From the NCBI RefSeq assembly GCF_009914755.1, contig NC_060926.1: DNA of 64,000 nucleotides. The stretch is one strand, 5' to 3'. Every line of letters starts with the position of its first letter. Position 1 is the stretch's first letter. Below, piece by piece: positions 1-16,797 of the stretch. A program made the translations under genes and the position numbers. The notes below the pieces were generated by a model, which made no database searches, had not been told where the DNA came from, and saw only the letters and a list, made by a program, of their open reading frames with translations. Source of the DNA: the human T2T-CHM13v2.0 reference genome, Homo sapiens.

Positions 1-118
1 TTATGCTTGTAATCCCAGCCTTTTGGTAGACTGAGACAGGAAGATAACTTGAGGCCAGGAGTTTGAGACTAGCCCAGGCAACATAGCAAGTTTCTACACA
101 CAAAAATTAAAAAAAATC
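1..118 (+). mobile_element. Alu left monomer/FLAM-like fragment, cut by window start
   Basis: tgtaatcccagc...gaggccaggagtttgagactagcc...ggcaacatagcaag followed by A-rich tail. Confidence 0.8.
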
Positions 119-394
119 TAGATACCATTTGCCTGTATTGCAGTGGTATTGTGTTTAGAAACAGTGGCATAAATAAAAGTTGCCCTTTATTTACTGTTAG
201 GACATTAACACAGCACAGGAAGGTGCTGATTCTGTAGAGTAATAAAACAGTACAGATGGTCGTTGGAAAGGTACTCAGCCACCTAAGCATATCTTGAGGT
301 AGTTAATTTCTCTGTAAACTAGAAAAATGAAACCCCAGATTGTTTACATTATATTCTGTTTTTGGAAATACCTACTCTTCCATTATAACAATAT

Positions 395-590
395 CATGTG
401 TGTTCATTTGTAAAAAAATTCAGAATATGCAGAAAAAGTGTGAAGAAGAAAACACAAATCCCTTAAATTTCCACATCTCTGAGATATCTCTGTGGTTGAC
501 CTTTGGGTGAATGTACATTCTTCCATACTTTTTTTCTATGTAATATATTTGTATGTGAATAGGTCTATGTGTGTAAGAGAGAGAAAGAGA
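395..590 (-). mobile_element. Old L1ME-type 3' end fragment
   Basis: ttcatttgtaaaaaaattcagaatatgcagaaaaag...cttccatacttttttctatg resembles antisense L1ME3/4 3' UTR. Confidence 0.5.
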
Positions 591-1049
591 AAGAGAGGTT
601 TGTTTTTTAAAATCTATTTCAGATTGAAAAATTTCAGGAAAGAATTTCTTTAGCTCCTTTTGAGCCATCACTTCAGTTATTGGATTAGCTTTATTCACTG
701 TAGCCTGAGACATGGGCGTTGTAAGAGAATGGCAGCTTGTATTGGGTCACTGGTCTAAAGGGAGCTTGAGAGGAAGGGATAGTCATTTTCCAAAACAAGA
801 GAATTTTAAATATAGATATGGTCATTAAAGAAATTCTTGTGTGCTGAGCATCAATTCTTATTTGTTATTACTGTAACTAGTTAGTGGTCTGGTGTATATG
901 TTGACTGTAATCTATTCAGTTCCATATTGAGGGAAATTGACATATCAGTCAGAGTTTTTTTTTTTTTAAGTCCTTAATAAAAAATGCTTTTGGTTTTTGA
1001 ATTAAAGTTAAGTAGATTTCCCCCTTCAAGTTAATTACCTCATTTTTTC

Positions 1050-2295
1050 CTTAGAACTTTTGTAGTTTGTTCTAGTATACACTGCGTTGTAGATCAGTAT
1101 ATTCATTCAAGTGGATATCCAGTTGTCTAAACATCATTTAAAAAAATAATCTTTTCTCCCTGGTATGAGATGCTACCTCCATCCTATTTGAATTTTTTTT
1201 TTTAGCTCATTTGGTGTATATTTTAACTTTTAATTTTGTTCCCTTTAAATTTTCCTTCAGAATTTTTTTTGTGTGCAAGAAACTGTTTAAATCATTAATT
1301 GTTTTATCTTTTCAAAGATAAGATTATTAATTGTTTATTATCTTATCTTTTATCATTTATTTTTATATCTGGTAGAGCTAGTCACTTCCCCTTACTCATT
1401 ATTCTACTTTTTCAGAGTTTACTGGCAATTGTTTCTTATTTTTTCATATGAACTTTATCATTGTTTTGTCTAACTCCCAAAAATAATGTTGGCAGTTTTA
1501 CTGGGATTCACCATACATTTATAAATTAGCTTATAGAGAATTGACATCTTTATGATGTTGACTTCCTGTTTTGGAATGTGGTTTGTCTCTTCATTTGTCA
1601 AAGTCTACTTGTGTATCCTGTTGGAGGGTTGGTTTTGTGCATTTTTTGTTGAGCTTATGCCTAGGAATCTCATCTATTTGGTATTGTAAATGGAATCTTC
1701 TCTCTCATTATACCTTATAACTTGTTAAAGCTGTTGATTTCTATGTTAATTTTTATATCCTGCAACTTTATTAAATTGTTTGTCCTAGTTTTCTCTGATT
1801 CTCTTATGTAATTGAGTTAGATACCATATCACCACCTAATAGAGATAGTTCACCTCTCCTTTTCCAAATAGTATGCTTCTAATTACATTTCCCTGTTGTG
1901 TTCGCAAATACTTCCAATTCTGTGTTAAATAGTAGTGGAGATAATGGGCATTTTTGTTTTGTTTCTGAACTTGTGTCTCTAGTGTTTCTTTGTTAAATGC
2001 GATGTACATAATTTTGTATTGATTTACAGATGTAGAAAACAATATACATATTTATAATAGCATATAATACATATATTATGTAATACATAAAAGTACATAA
2101 CATGTAAAAATTCTGTAGTGTATCTACCATGAATGAGTGTTGAATATTCTCAAATTTTTTTTGGCATCTGTGGAGATTACCATATGATTTTCCCCTTAGG
2201 TGTATTTATAATTAGTGATGAATAGTATAATACTGAACCATACTAGCTTTCCTAGAATGAACACCATTTGGTAATGAGGTGTTACTCTTTTCAAA
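1050..2295 (-). mobile_element. Degenerate L1M ORF2-region fragment
   Basis: Antisense L1 motifs (gatatccagttgtctaaacatcattta, gagaattgacatctttatgatgttg, agtggagataatgggcat). Confidence 0.65.
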
Positions 2296-2310
2296 AATGT
2301 CTTTAGTTTT

Positions 2311-3218
2311 GGGCTAATATCCAGAATCTACAATGAACTCAAACAAATTTACAAGAAAAAAACAACCCCATCAAAAAGTGGGCAAAGGATATGAACAGAC
2401 ACTTCTCAAAAGAAGACATTTATGCAGCCAAAAAACACATGAAAAAATGCTCATCATCAGTGGCCATCAGAGAAATGCAAATCAAAACTACAGTGAGATA
2501 CCATCTGACACCAGTTAGAATGACGATCATTAAAAAGTCAGGAAACAACAGGTGCTGGAGAGGATGTGGAGAAATAGGAACACTTTTACACTGTTGGTGG
2601 GATTGTAAACTAGTTCAACCATTGTGGAAGTCAGTGTGGCGATTCCTCAGGGATCTAGAACTAGAAATACCATTTGACCCAGCCATCCCATTACTGGGTA
2701 TATACCCAAAGGATTATAAATCATGCTGCTATAAAGACACATGGAGATGTATGTTTATTGCGGCACTTTTCACAATAGCAAAGACTTGGAACCAACCCAA
2801 ACGTCCAACAACGATAGACTGGATTAAGAAAATGTGGCACATATACACCATGGAATACTATACAGCCATAAAAAATGATGAGTTCATGTCCTTTGTAGGG
2901 ACATGGATGAAGCTGGAAACCATCATACTCAGCAAACTATCGCAAGGACAAAAAACCAAACACCGCGTGTTGTCACTCATAGGTGGGAATTGAACAATGA
3001 GAACACATGGACACAGGAAGGGGACCATAACACACCGGGGACTGTTGTGGGGTGGGGGGAGGCGGGAGGAATAGCATTAGGAGATATACCTAATCCTAAA
3101 TGATGAGTTAATGGGTGCAGCACACCAACATGGCACGTACATACATACGTAACAAACCTTCACATTGTGCACATGTACCCTAAAACTTAAAATATAATAA
3201 TAATAATAAAATTTTTTT
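2311..3218 (+). mobile_element. 5'-truncated L1PA3/4-like element (ORF2 C-terminus and 3' UTR)
   Basis: ORF 2391-2993 is the L1 ORF2p C-terminus ([18 protein letters not shown]); G-rich 3' UTR, A-rich tail; TSD core tctttagtttt at 2300-2310 and 3225-3235. Confidence 0.93.
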
Positions 3219-3528
3219 AAAAACTCTTTAGTTTTATTATTTGCTTTCCTGCAAAAGGACTTCACAGAGCTTTCACATATTCTTGGCCAAAAGTGGCTAC
3301 CTCAAAGCTTCTAATTTTATTTTTTATTTAAGCAGCCAGCTTTGGCTGAGAATAGTGATTCAGTCTCATTTTTAAATTTCCAGGAGATGGAATATGATTG
3401 GCCTAGTTCAGGTCAAACATCTAGCTCAATATAGTTAACTGTGGCTGCAAGTAGGGTGAGATGATTTACCAGCTTGGCTGATGGCAGCACACTCTTGTGG
3501 GAAAGAATGGGAGAGAATGGTAGAGTAG

Positions 3529-3910
<382 letters not shown>

Positions 3911-3980
3911 AAGTTTTTTGTATTATTTAATGCAAAATTTATAGCTGTAGCTAGCAAAATTCCAGTTTTACTATATAGAT

Positions 3981-4012
<32 letters not shown>

Positions 4013-4074
4013 GGTAAGAATCTATCTTACCACTGAAGCCTGGATCATCACTGGCTTTCTTATTCACTCTATAG

Positions 4075-4378
4075 CAGTAGTCCCCAACCTTTTTGACACC
4101 AGGGACCAGTTTTGTGGAAGATAATTTTTCCATGGATGAGGGTGGGAGATGATGGTTTTGGTATGAAACTGTTCCATCTCAGATAATCAGGCATTAGATT
4201 TTCATAAGGAATGCACAACCTAGATCCCTTGCATGTGCAGTTCACAATAGGGTTCACACTCCTATGACAATCTAATGCTGCCACTGATCTAACAGGAGAT
4301 GAAGCTCAGGGTAATGCTTGCTTGCCCTCTGCTCAACTCCTGCTGTGTGGTCCATGGTCCAGGAGTTGGAGACCCCTG
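4075..4378 (-). mobile_element. MER1B (hAT-Charlie) DNA transposon
   Basis: TIRs cagtagtccccaacc / gttggagacccctg; 8-bp TSD ctctatag (4067-4074) / ctatatag (4379-4386). Confidence 0.9.
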
Positions 4379-4608
4379 CTATATAGTACATGTTTTCAGT
4401 GGTTACTTGGAACTAAGAAAGATCCTAAAGGACTCTGAGTCACCTACTACCCAATTCCCCAAAAGAGGAGTCTCTTACTCTTAGTATAGGCATACTGTTG
4501 TGTATTACATGGAATTTTCCAAGAATTAGAGCTTAATATTTTATATATAGTGACATTATTTTAGCCAGAATTTTGTGTTTGGAAGATATTGTTAAAAATA
4601 ATTTATTA

Positions 4609-4900
4609 GGCTGGGCACAGTGGCTCACACCTGTAATCCCAGCAGTTTGGGAGGCCGAGGTGGGTGGATTGCTCGAGTCCAGGAGTTTGAGACCAGCCTG
4701 GGCAACATGGCTAAACCCTGTCTTCACTAAAAATAGAAAAATTAGCCAGGCAGGGTGCTGTGTGCTGTAGTCCCAGCTACTCGGGAGGCTGAGGTGCAAG
4801 GATCACTTGAGCCTTGGAGGTCAAGGCTGCAGTGAGTTGTGATCGCACCGCTGTCCTCCAGCCAGGGCGACAGAGTGAGTCAATGTCTCAAATAAATAAA
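4609..4900 (+). mobile_element. AluJ
   Basis: Dimeric Alu with ggatcacttgagcc...aggctgcagtgag. Confidence 0.9.
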
Positions 4901-4907
4901 CGCAAAC

Positions 4908-5420
4908 ATTTATTGAGGTATAGTTGACATACAGACTGCACGTATTTCAAGTGTGCAATTTGTTGTGTTGATGTTTGTGTTACACCTGTTTTCATAGTCA
5001 AGATAATCAACAGATCTCATCCCCCAATCCCTCCACCTCCTGGTCTTCAGGCAAACGCTCATCTGCTTTCTGTTACTGTAGATTAGTGGTTTGCATTCTC
5101 TAGAATTTTATATAAATGGAATCACAGTATATACTCTTTTTCTTTGCTCTAGCTTCTTTCACTCAGCATACTTTTGTTTTAGATTAATACATATTGCAGC
5201 TTGTATAAATAGTTCACTCCATTTTGTTGCTGAATAGTATTTCAGTTTGTGGCTGTATCACAATTTGTTTATCTTTAGAGTGATTTTTGGCTTCGATCTG
5301 TTTTCCTTTGTTTGGGGTAAATACATACCTGAAGGTGAAATGCCTTCATCATATAGTAGTTACATTTAAAAGGTTTAACTTTAAAAAGGATCAAACCATT
5401 TTTCAGAGTGGTTCTACCAT
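4908..5420 (-). mobile_element. L1MB/MC-type 3' end
   Basis: tttattgaggtatagttgacatac...ctagaattttatataaatggaatcacagtat. Confidence 0.7.
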
Positions 5421-5454
5421 AAAGATACTTTGAGACATTTATCTAGTTTATAAC

Positions 5455-5562
5455 TTTGCTACTTGAGTTTGGTCTGTAGCTACGCATTACCTGGGAGCTT
5501 GTTAAAATGCTGAACCTCAGGTTCCATCCTAGACCTGTGAAATCATTCTGTCTTTTTCACAA
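5455..5562. mobile_element. MER5A-like hAT fragment
   Basis: cattacctgggagcttgttaaaatgc...ctcaggttccatcctagacct. Confidence 0.65.
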
Positions 5563-6481
5563 CTTTGGATCTAATTCTTGGTTGTTTTCATATATAGGTA
5601 TCTTGGAATTATCTGTATGGGTTATCTGTCTACCCTTAGTATTCAAGGAATGCAAAATAATTTTAGAAATGACTTTGTAAATCAGTAAGTAAATTAACTG
5701 AATATCAACTAATGTTTTTAAAAGTCAAATACCAGTAATTTATTCACCTACTGTTTGAATTTTTTTTACTACTGTCATTTCCAGTCTCGAGTGAATATTT
5801 AAGCTACATTGATGTTAGTGTCACCTTTCTAAGTTGATGTTGAAGACCGTGGTCTTACTTAGCATTAGGAAATTGTTGATTTAAAACAAGGTTTTCGAAA
5901 ACCCAACAATTAGATATGGGAACAAAAGAGTAAACATTTGTTGCATTATCAAGTGGTACAAGTTAGCATTATACAACTTATAATTAAGTTTTCCAAAAGT
6001 TGATTTATAATTCAAATATTCTAGAATTATGATGTTTAGGATAACAGTTTTCTGCACAAGATTGTTTTCACTTTTATATTTCTGTTTAGGATATCAGTTA
6101 CTCAGTCCGTTAAAGCCATCCACTCACACCTCTTCTTCATACCCCTCACAGGCAGTTAAGACAGAGCAACTATGAATGATTCAGTTCTTATTAATTTAAA
6201 ATTTAATAACAGCTGTTTTTCAGGAGAAAAAAATCTTTATAATATAAAATTCTAAAAGGAATTTATAGTAAATGGGCACTTATCTGTTTAGGTGATAAAT
6301 GTCTTTAAATATAGTTTTACAGAAAAAACAAACATCAATAATGCGACTGCTTATTTTATTGATTTTTAGCTAAAGCTGATGTGTTTCTTTGGGAGGCAAA
6401 GTTAATGAAACTTATGTAATGTTTCTACAAGCCAGTATTTAGAATATTAGTGAATTGGATGGATAGCATATTCTTTAGGCC

Positions 6482-7053
6482 ACGTTTTTCAAATTGTCTG
6501 TGGTGAAAGACCAGTTTTTGTGTTGTTGTTTTTATTTTTATTTTTTTGAAACAGGGTCTTGCTCTGGGTCAGCCCAGGTTTGAGTGCAATGGCATGATCA
6601 TGGCTTACTGTGGGCTTCATCCCCTGAGCTCAAGCCATCTTCCTGCCTCAGCCTCCTGAGTAGCTGGGATTACAGCCATGCTTCACCATGCCTGGCTAAT
6701 TTTTTGACTTTTTTTGTAGAGATGAGGGTCTTGCTGTGTGGCCCAGGTTGGTTTTGAACTCTGGAGTTCAAGTTATCCTCCTGCCTTGGCCTCCCAAAGT
6801 GCCGGGATTACGGGCATGGGCCACTGCACCAGGCCAGAGGACCAATTTAAAAAAAATTTTTAATTTATTGCATACCGATACTTTTGTCAGGTACAATAAA
6901 AATACAGAAAAATTAAAGATATAGAAAATACAAGTTCACACTTTTAAAATTATTAGTTTCAGCAGATAAAATTACTCTGTCTGATTGCTTTAAACTCCTA
7001 AATGCTTACACTGAATTTTGTGCTTCTAGAGAATTGCAGTCTGAGTAGCACTG
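6482..7053 (-). mobile_element. hAT-Charlie (MER5C-like) element interrupted by an AluJ
   Basis: Termini tttttcaaattgtctgtggtgaaagaccag and tgagtagcactg; internal gatacttttgt..tacaataaaaat. Confidence 0.55.
6530..6835 (-). mobile_element. AluJ (Jo-like)
   Basis: gaaacagggtcttgctct...atgatcatggcttactg...gctcaagccatcttcc. Confidence 0.88.
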
Positions 7054-7061
7054 CCTTAAAC

Positions 7062-7256
7062 TGGTGGTTCTCAGAGTGTAGTCCCAAATGCACAGCATCA
7101 TCAAACATCACCTGGGAACTTAGAAATGCCAGTTGTCTGGTTCCATCCCAGGCCTACTGAATCAGAAATTCTGGTGGTTTGGCTCAGCAGTGTGTTGAAA
7201 CAAGACCTATAGGTGATTCTGAAGCTGAAGCACATGAAACTTTAATAAGCCATTGT
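7062..7256. mobile_element. MER5A
   Basis: gtggttctcagagtgtagtccc...catcacctgggaacttagaaatgc...cctactgaatcagaaattctgg. Confidence 0.8.
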
Positions 7257-8179
7257 TAGACTTTTTTTTTTTTTTCCAGGCTCAGGAGGTATTTCCTTCT
7301 AAAATGCTGATTATCTGTGCTTTTTTGAGTAGGAGCTGGATAGCACTCTTATAAGTCTAAACTCTCTTAGAGTGCCAACTATGTAAATGAAAGACTGAAA
7401 GACATGATTGGTTATAAGTTAAATCTGTCACAGATTCTTAGAAAGGAAATAATATGTGTAACTGAGGATTGATATGGTTGAAAATATATGTGCTTAATGA
7501 AAAGGAAAATTCTGGTGTTTTAAGATACCAGTAGGATGGGCCACGTTATTAACATTCTGTTGATAGAATTGAGAAGCCTGTCTTGCTGTTCCGTAGATGA
7601 ATGAAGACTTTGCCAATCAAAACTCTTCATCGTTGTAAGACCTCAGGGTCACATAGCAACTGAGTCAGACAGCCCCAAGTTGGATGTGTGGCAGGTTGTT
7701 TCAGTACAAAATAAAAGGAACTAGCACACTGTTATGTTTCAAACCAGTGGAGATTGAAATGGGATCTTTACAGAGATTGTCTGGAATCTGTTTTTTCACT
7801 TCAGTGTCCTGTTGTTTGTAACTAGTATATAGAATTACAGTAGATTTTTTTGTGTATATTGATTTTATATCCTTCAATATTACTAAACTCACTTATTCTA
7901 GTAGTTTTTTTTTGTAGATTCCATCAGATTTTCTGCATAGAGGATCATGTGGTCTGTGAATAAAGGCAGTTTTACTTCTTCCTCTCTCAGTCTGGATGTT
8001 TATTCACTCCGTTTTTTTGACTCCCCACTGCCTTTCTTTTGTCTGATGATTACACTGACTAGAAACTCCAGTACAATATTGAATAGAACAGTTGAGAATG
8101 GCCATCCTGAGAAAAATAGTATTTCACTTCTGTGTGATGTTAGTTGTAGTTTTTTTTGTAATGCCCTTTATCAGATTGA

Positions 8180-8587
<408 letters not shown>

Positions 8588-9785
8588 TCAGTTTTTTATT
8601 TTATTTATTTTTTAAAGCTTATTAATATGGTAAGTTACATTTATTTTGAATGTAAGTCAATCCTGCCTACCTGGAATAACCCCATTTGGTCATGTATTAT
8701 CCTTTTAATGTATTATTGGATTCTATTTGCTACATTTTTGTTTAGAGTGATTGCATTTCAGTTCATAAATACGTATTTGTCTGTAGTTTTCTTTCCTTCC
8801 AATATCTTTTTCTGGTTTTAGGATCAGAATCATACTGGCCTCGTGGAATGAGTTGGGAAGTATTCCTCCCTCGTCAGTATTTTGGAAAAAATTGTGTAGA
8901 GTTGGTATTGTTTTTCTCCTTAAATATTTGGTAAAATTCACCAGTGAAACCATCTGTTTCTGGAGTTTTCTTTGTGTGAACTTTTAAAGTTCAGTTTCTT
9001 TAATACGTATAAGGCTAACAGTTTCTTCCCAAGTGAGCTTTGATTACTTCTTTCAAGGAATTTGTCCTTTTCAGCTAGTTGTTGAATTTATTGTCATGAA
9101 GTTCAGATATTCTCTGGAGTGATATTACCTCTTGTTTGTGATATTGGTCATTTGTGTCTTCTCACTTTTTTTCCCCCCTAATCTGGCTAGAGGTTTATCA
9201 ATTTTATGAATTTTCTTAAAGAATTAGCTTTTGGTTTTGTTGATCTTTCTCTGTGGATTTTCTGTTTTATATTTTATTGATTTCTACTATGATCTTATTT
9301 CCTTTCTTTCTTAGAGTTTATTTTGTTCTTCCAGGTTTTTAGGGTAAATGCTGAAACCTTTTTCTATTTTAATACAGGTGTTTAGTGCTGCAGATTTTTT
9401 TCCTGTGTGCTGCTTTATTACATCTTACATCCTGTTGTATTTTCATTTAGTTCAAAATAGTTTCTAATTTATTTCTCTTTTGATTTCTTCTTTGAGCCAT
9501 AGGTTATTTAGAAGTGTGTTATTTGATTTTCATCTCTTGTGGTGTTTCAACCATTTACATTTAATATGATTTTTAGTAAGGTTAGGTTTGACTCTGTCAT
9601 CTTACTAGTAGTTTCTTCTGGTTTTGTTCCCCTCTCCCTCTTTTTCTGCCACCTTTTGGATTGAATATTTTTAATGAGTCTCTTTTAATATCCATTGAAT
9701 ATTATACTGTTGGGTGCTGGATATTTTTGTATTCCTATAAATGTCCTTGAGCTTTGTTCTGGGATGCGGTTAAGTTACTTGTAAA

Positions 9786-10018
9786 GGCTGGGCACAGTGG
9801 TTCACACTTGTAATCCCAGCACTTTGAAAGGGCAAGGTGGGAGGATTGCTTGAGGTCAGGAGTTTGAGACCAGACTGGGCAACATGGCAAGACCCTGTCT
9901 CTACAAAAGAGAAATTTAAAAAATTAGCTAGGTGTGATGGTGTAAACCTGTTGTCCCAGTTACTCGTGAGGCTGAGGCAGGAGGATCACTTGAGCCCAGG
10001 GGATCGAGGCTGCAGTGC
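9786..10018 (+). mobile_element. AluJ lacking its normal 3' end and poly(A)
   Basis: Alu sequence stops at ggctgcagtg; 14-bp direct repeat aagttacttgtaaa at 9772-9785 and 10107-10120. Confidence 0.88.
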
Positions 10019-10032
10019 GCAGTGTTGGCACC

Positions 10033-10319
10033 AAAACAATCATCCAAAAGAGTTTGAGGGACTAGTGCCTGTTCGTAGCAAGACTGGAAAAACCTCAAAA
10101 TTTGTAAAGTTACTTGTAAATAGTTTGATACCTTTAGGTTTTGCTCTTTTAATTTGTTAGGGAGTCTGAAGCACTGATCATTCTTGGGTTAATTATTCTC
10201 CACTACTGAATCAGTATTTTTTGCTGAGTACTCTATCCAATGCCCTTTAAATTTTGAGGTTTTTCAGTCTTGTTAGGAACAGGCATTGTGTTCCCTCAGA
10301 CTCTTTTGGATGGTTGTTT
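10033..10319. repeat. Inverted repeat with arms of about 75 bp (10033-10109 / 10245-10319)
   Basis: Reverse complement of the left arm aligns with the right arm at roughly 85% identity (manual alignment). Confidence 0.9.
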
Positions 10320-11126
10320 CTCCAGCCTCGGGTAGTTTCTTCACACAGCTGTGCTGATCAGTAGTACACTGCTAAGTACTCCAGGGAAGCCTCTTTAGAG
10401 CTCCTGGGTTCTTTCTCCGTGCAGTTCTTTTCCTCTTTGGTACTCTGTCCTATGAACCTTAGCTGCCTTGGTCTTCTGAACTCTGTCTCAACTCATGAAG
10501 TCTACTGAGCTTCATGAAGCCTTCTGCCTCAGTTTATTCTCTTGCTCCATACTCTGGGAACTAACTACTGAGGCAGCCATAGGGCTTACCTCATTTGTTT
10601 TCCTTCTCTTAAAGAGCACTGGCCTTCATTGCCTGATGTCCGTTGTCTTAAAACCCATTGTTTTATTACTTTGTCGGGGTATTTTGCTGGTTGCATCAGG
10701 TGGAAGGGTGAATTTGGTCCATGTTAACTCTTTTTTTTTTTTAAGTTTTAAAATTGAGAGACAATTCATATAATGTAAAATTCTGTATTTGAAAGTATTC
10801 AAGTAAGTGTTTTTTAGTATATTCACAATGTTGTACAACCATTACCACTATTTTGTTTCAAAACATTTCTATCAGCCCCAAAAGAAACCTCTTACCCGTT
10901 AATATGGGTTCATTTACAAGATAGGATTTATTTTTTGTTTCTTTTTGTATTCCCCGTTGGGTTCTTTCTTCCAAATCCCTGTTGATTTTAATTTTTTATT
11001 TTTTGAGCATGTCAAACGTGGTTCTAAAATTTGGAACTCTACAAACAGTATGCTTAGAAAAATTTCCTCTCCCCTCCTCTCCCTTGTCTATTCTCTCTCC
11101 TCTTCCCTGTCCCCTCCCTTCCCCTC

Positions 11127-11374
11127 GGTCTCACTCTGCTGCCCAGGCTAGAGTACAGTGGCAAGATTTCTGCAGCCTCAACTTCCAGGCTCAAGCAATC
11201 CTTCCACCTCAGCCTCCCAAGTAGCTGGCACGTGCCACCTATTTTTGTTTATTTTTTGTGGAGACTAGACATCAGTATGTTGCCCAGGCTTGTCTTGAAC
11301 TCCTAGGCTAAGCAGTCTTCCTTTCTCATCTTCTGAAAGTGCTGGGATTACTGTGTGAGCCACTGCACCCAGCC
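11127..11374 (-). mobile_element. AluJ preceded by a CT-rich tract
   Basis: ggtctcactctgctgcccaggctagagtacagtgg...gctcaagcaatcc. Confidence 0.8.
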
Positions 11375-11715
11375 CCTATTCTTTCTCATTCTTGACTAAT
11401 ACATGAACAATTTTTATGATGGTTTCTTGGGTACTTGGGAAGGAGGGGCCATTTGGGCATAAAGTCTGATATATAGGTTTAAGATCAACCTTATTAAGTT
11501 GCTTAGGTGTTCACTTGATTTGTTTTATGCTGATAGTGGTATATTAAAGTTTGCTGTTATTAGTGTGTTTTTATTTATTGGTACTTGCATATCTGGTAGC
11601 TTTTGCTTCATAAAATGTTTGCTTCATTACTTGCTGTAAAAATAATCATAAATGCTAAATCTCTATTGTGGATTGTGATTTTTTTTTTTTTTTTTTTTGT
11701 AGCATTAAAAAGTCA

Positions 11716-12058
<343 letters not shown>

Positions 12059-12349
12059 CTACTTGTATTAGGATCTGCTTGCATTTCTTATTGTCTCCAT
12101 TTACCTGGTAAACTTTTGTCCGTCCCTTTATTTTTACCCTTTCTTAACCATCTTTGAGTAAGCTCACAAAAATTCAGCTTATTCTATTTTTTCCTCTTCC
12201 TCCTTGCATTTTTAGTTGCATTATTTTCATTTAGAGGAGGAATTTTTTTTTTTGGTGTACAGTGTATAGTTGAGCCTTGGATTACAAGCCAAATTGAAAA
12301 CCTTTTTGTTTTAGTAGGTGAGTTAAATTCATTCACATTTGTTGATATG

Positions 12350-15300
<2,951 letters not shown>

Positions 15301-16641
15301 CTTTACTGGTTTGTAACTTCGTAGTCTTTTGTTCCTAGAAGGTTTTCTTGGAATATAGTTTTAAATATTAGTTCTGTTGCATTGTTTTGTTCTTTAGGAA
15401 CTCTACATGACTGTCATTCCTTCCTTGCCTGTTGCACATTCTGCTTACCACCTTCTGTCTTACTCATTTTATTTCTCTATTTATCTAATTTTCATTCAAT
15501 TGGGTATTTGACCAGCTTTATGCAGCACACTTAAAGGTTTTTTGGGACATAATTTTCATTGGGCTTCTAATAATTGTAGTCTTTATTTCTGAGATTTTTT
15601 TTTCCCTTTTCTTCCATTTATGAGTAAATTTCTTTCTAGGTCTTCCTACCTCTGCCTTTTATGTTCTTAGTTTTGGAGATTTTCAGATTTCAGGTGATTT
15701 TTAAAATTTTTCGTATCCCTAAATGCTACTTTTGAGTATATTAGGTTTGGAGCATTTTTCTTGAACATTTCTTTTTTCTCCCCTCCCCAGAGTGAGAGTT
15801 GTTCATCAGTAGAGATATAGCTGAATCTTGTCTTCTCGTTTTAAGATAATTGAATAGATTTATTACATTTTCTTCTGTTCATTTTTTTAGATTTGAGGTA
15901 TTCACAACATTCTTAGTTTAATGGTACCCTCTTCTATCTGTATAAAATGATGGGCTTTCAACAAGTAGGCAAGGAAGTGCTTTTTTCATTCTAACTCTTT
16001 CTAGCTGGTGTTCATAAATCCCTATCATCTCTGATTTTCTGTGGGTCAGATGGGCCCAGTATCTATCCTCTCTCCTGCTCTTTTCAATTTTAGTTTCCCA
16101 GAATTTTACGGCACTCTTGTGCTGATGGCCTATCTCATTGTTTTTGTCATTGTGGTTTTATACGTTTTTTAGTCCATTACTAATAAGCTTACATTATAAG
16201 GTGGTAGAGTATATAAGTATAGGCATTCAGTCAGCTATCTTTAGTTGGGAGTTTTAAAATAGCAATGAATAATCTTTGGCTATGTGTGTAGCCTAATTCA
16301 GTGGATAAATCCTGAAAGCCAGGAAGTTGGGGCATGAACTTGGTAAGATGGAAAAGCGCCAGACAAGGATTCAAATTTCATTCTTGCTGATTTCTACCAG
16401 TGTGGCCATAGAACCTTAGTTCATTCGTCCCCAAAAGAAAAACAACAACAACAATAACATACTACTTCTCTGCATCTTGGTACTCATTGTGTATGACTAA
16501 AAGTCATGAATTACTTAGTTTTTTTTTTTTTAAAGTCTGCTTTATTTACCATGTAATTTCATGTTTTCAGGGGAAAATAAAAAGTAGAAAGTGTATAATG
16601 TCTTTACAGAAACTCAGAAAAATGCTCAAGCGTAATTATAG

Positions 16642-16797
16642 TAGGTTTCAAAAAGATTTTTCAGAATGTCAAAGTAGCTATAAGAAGTGATTTTGTGTAT
16701 CTTGGTGGAGAGGTGTATCTAGGTTTCAAAAAGATTTTTCAGAATGTCAAAGTACCTATAAGAAGTGATTTTGTGTATCTTGGTGAAGAGATGTTTC
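16642..16797. repeat. Tandem duplication, 2 x 78 bp, 4 mismatches
   Basis: Unit taggtttcaaaaagatttttcagaatgtc...cttggtggagaggtgtatc begins at 16642 and 16720. Confidence 0.95.

Noticed and set aside
3047-3070. G-quadruplex-like tract (also near 28800 and 51240)
   Set aside because: Standard L1PA 3' UTR G-rich tract
7660-7670. AP-1 motif TGAGTCA (also near 21065 and 44991)
   Set aside because: Isolated 7-mers are expected by chance in 64 kb
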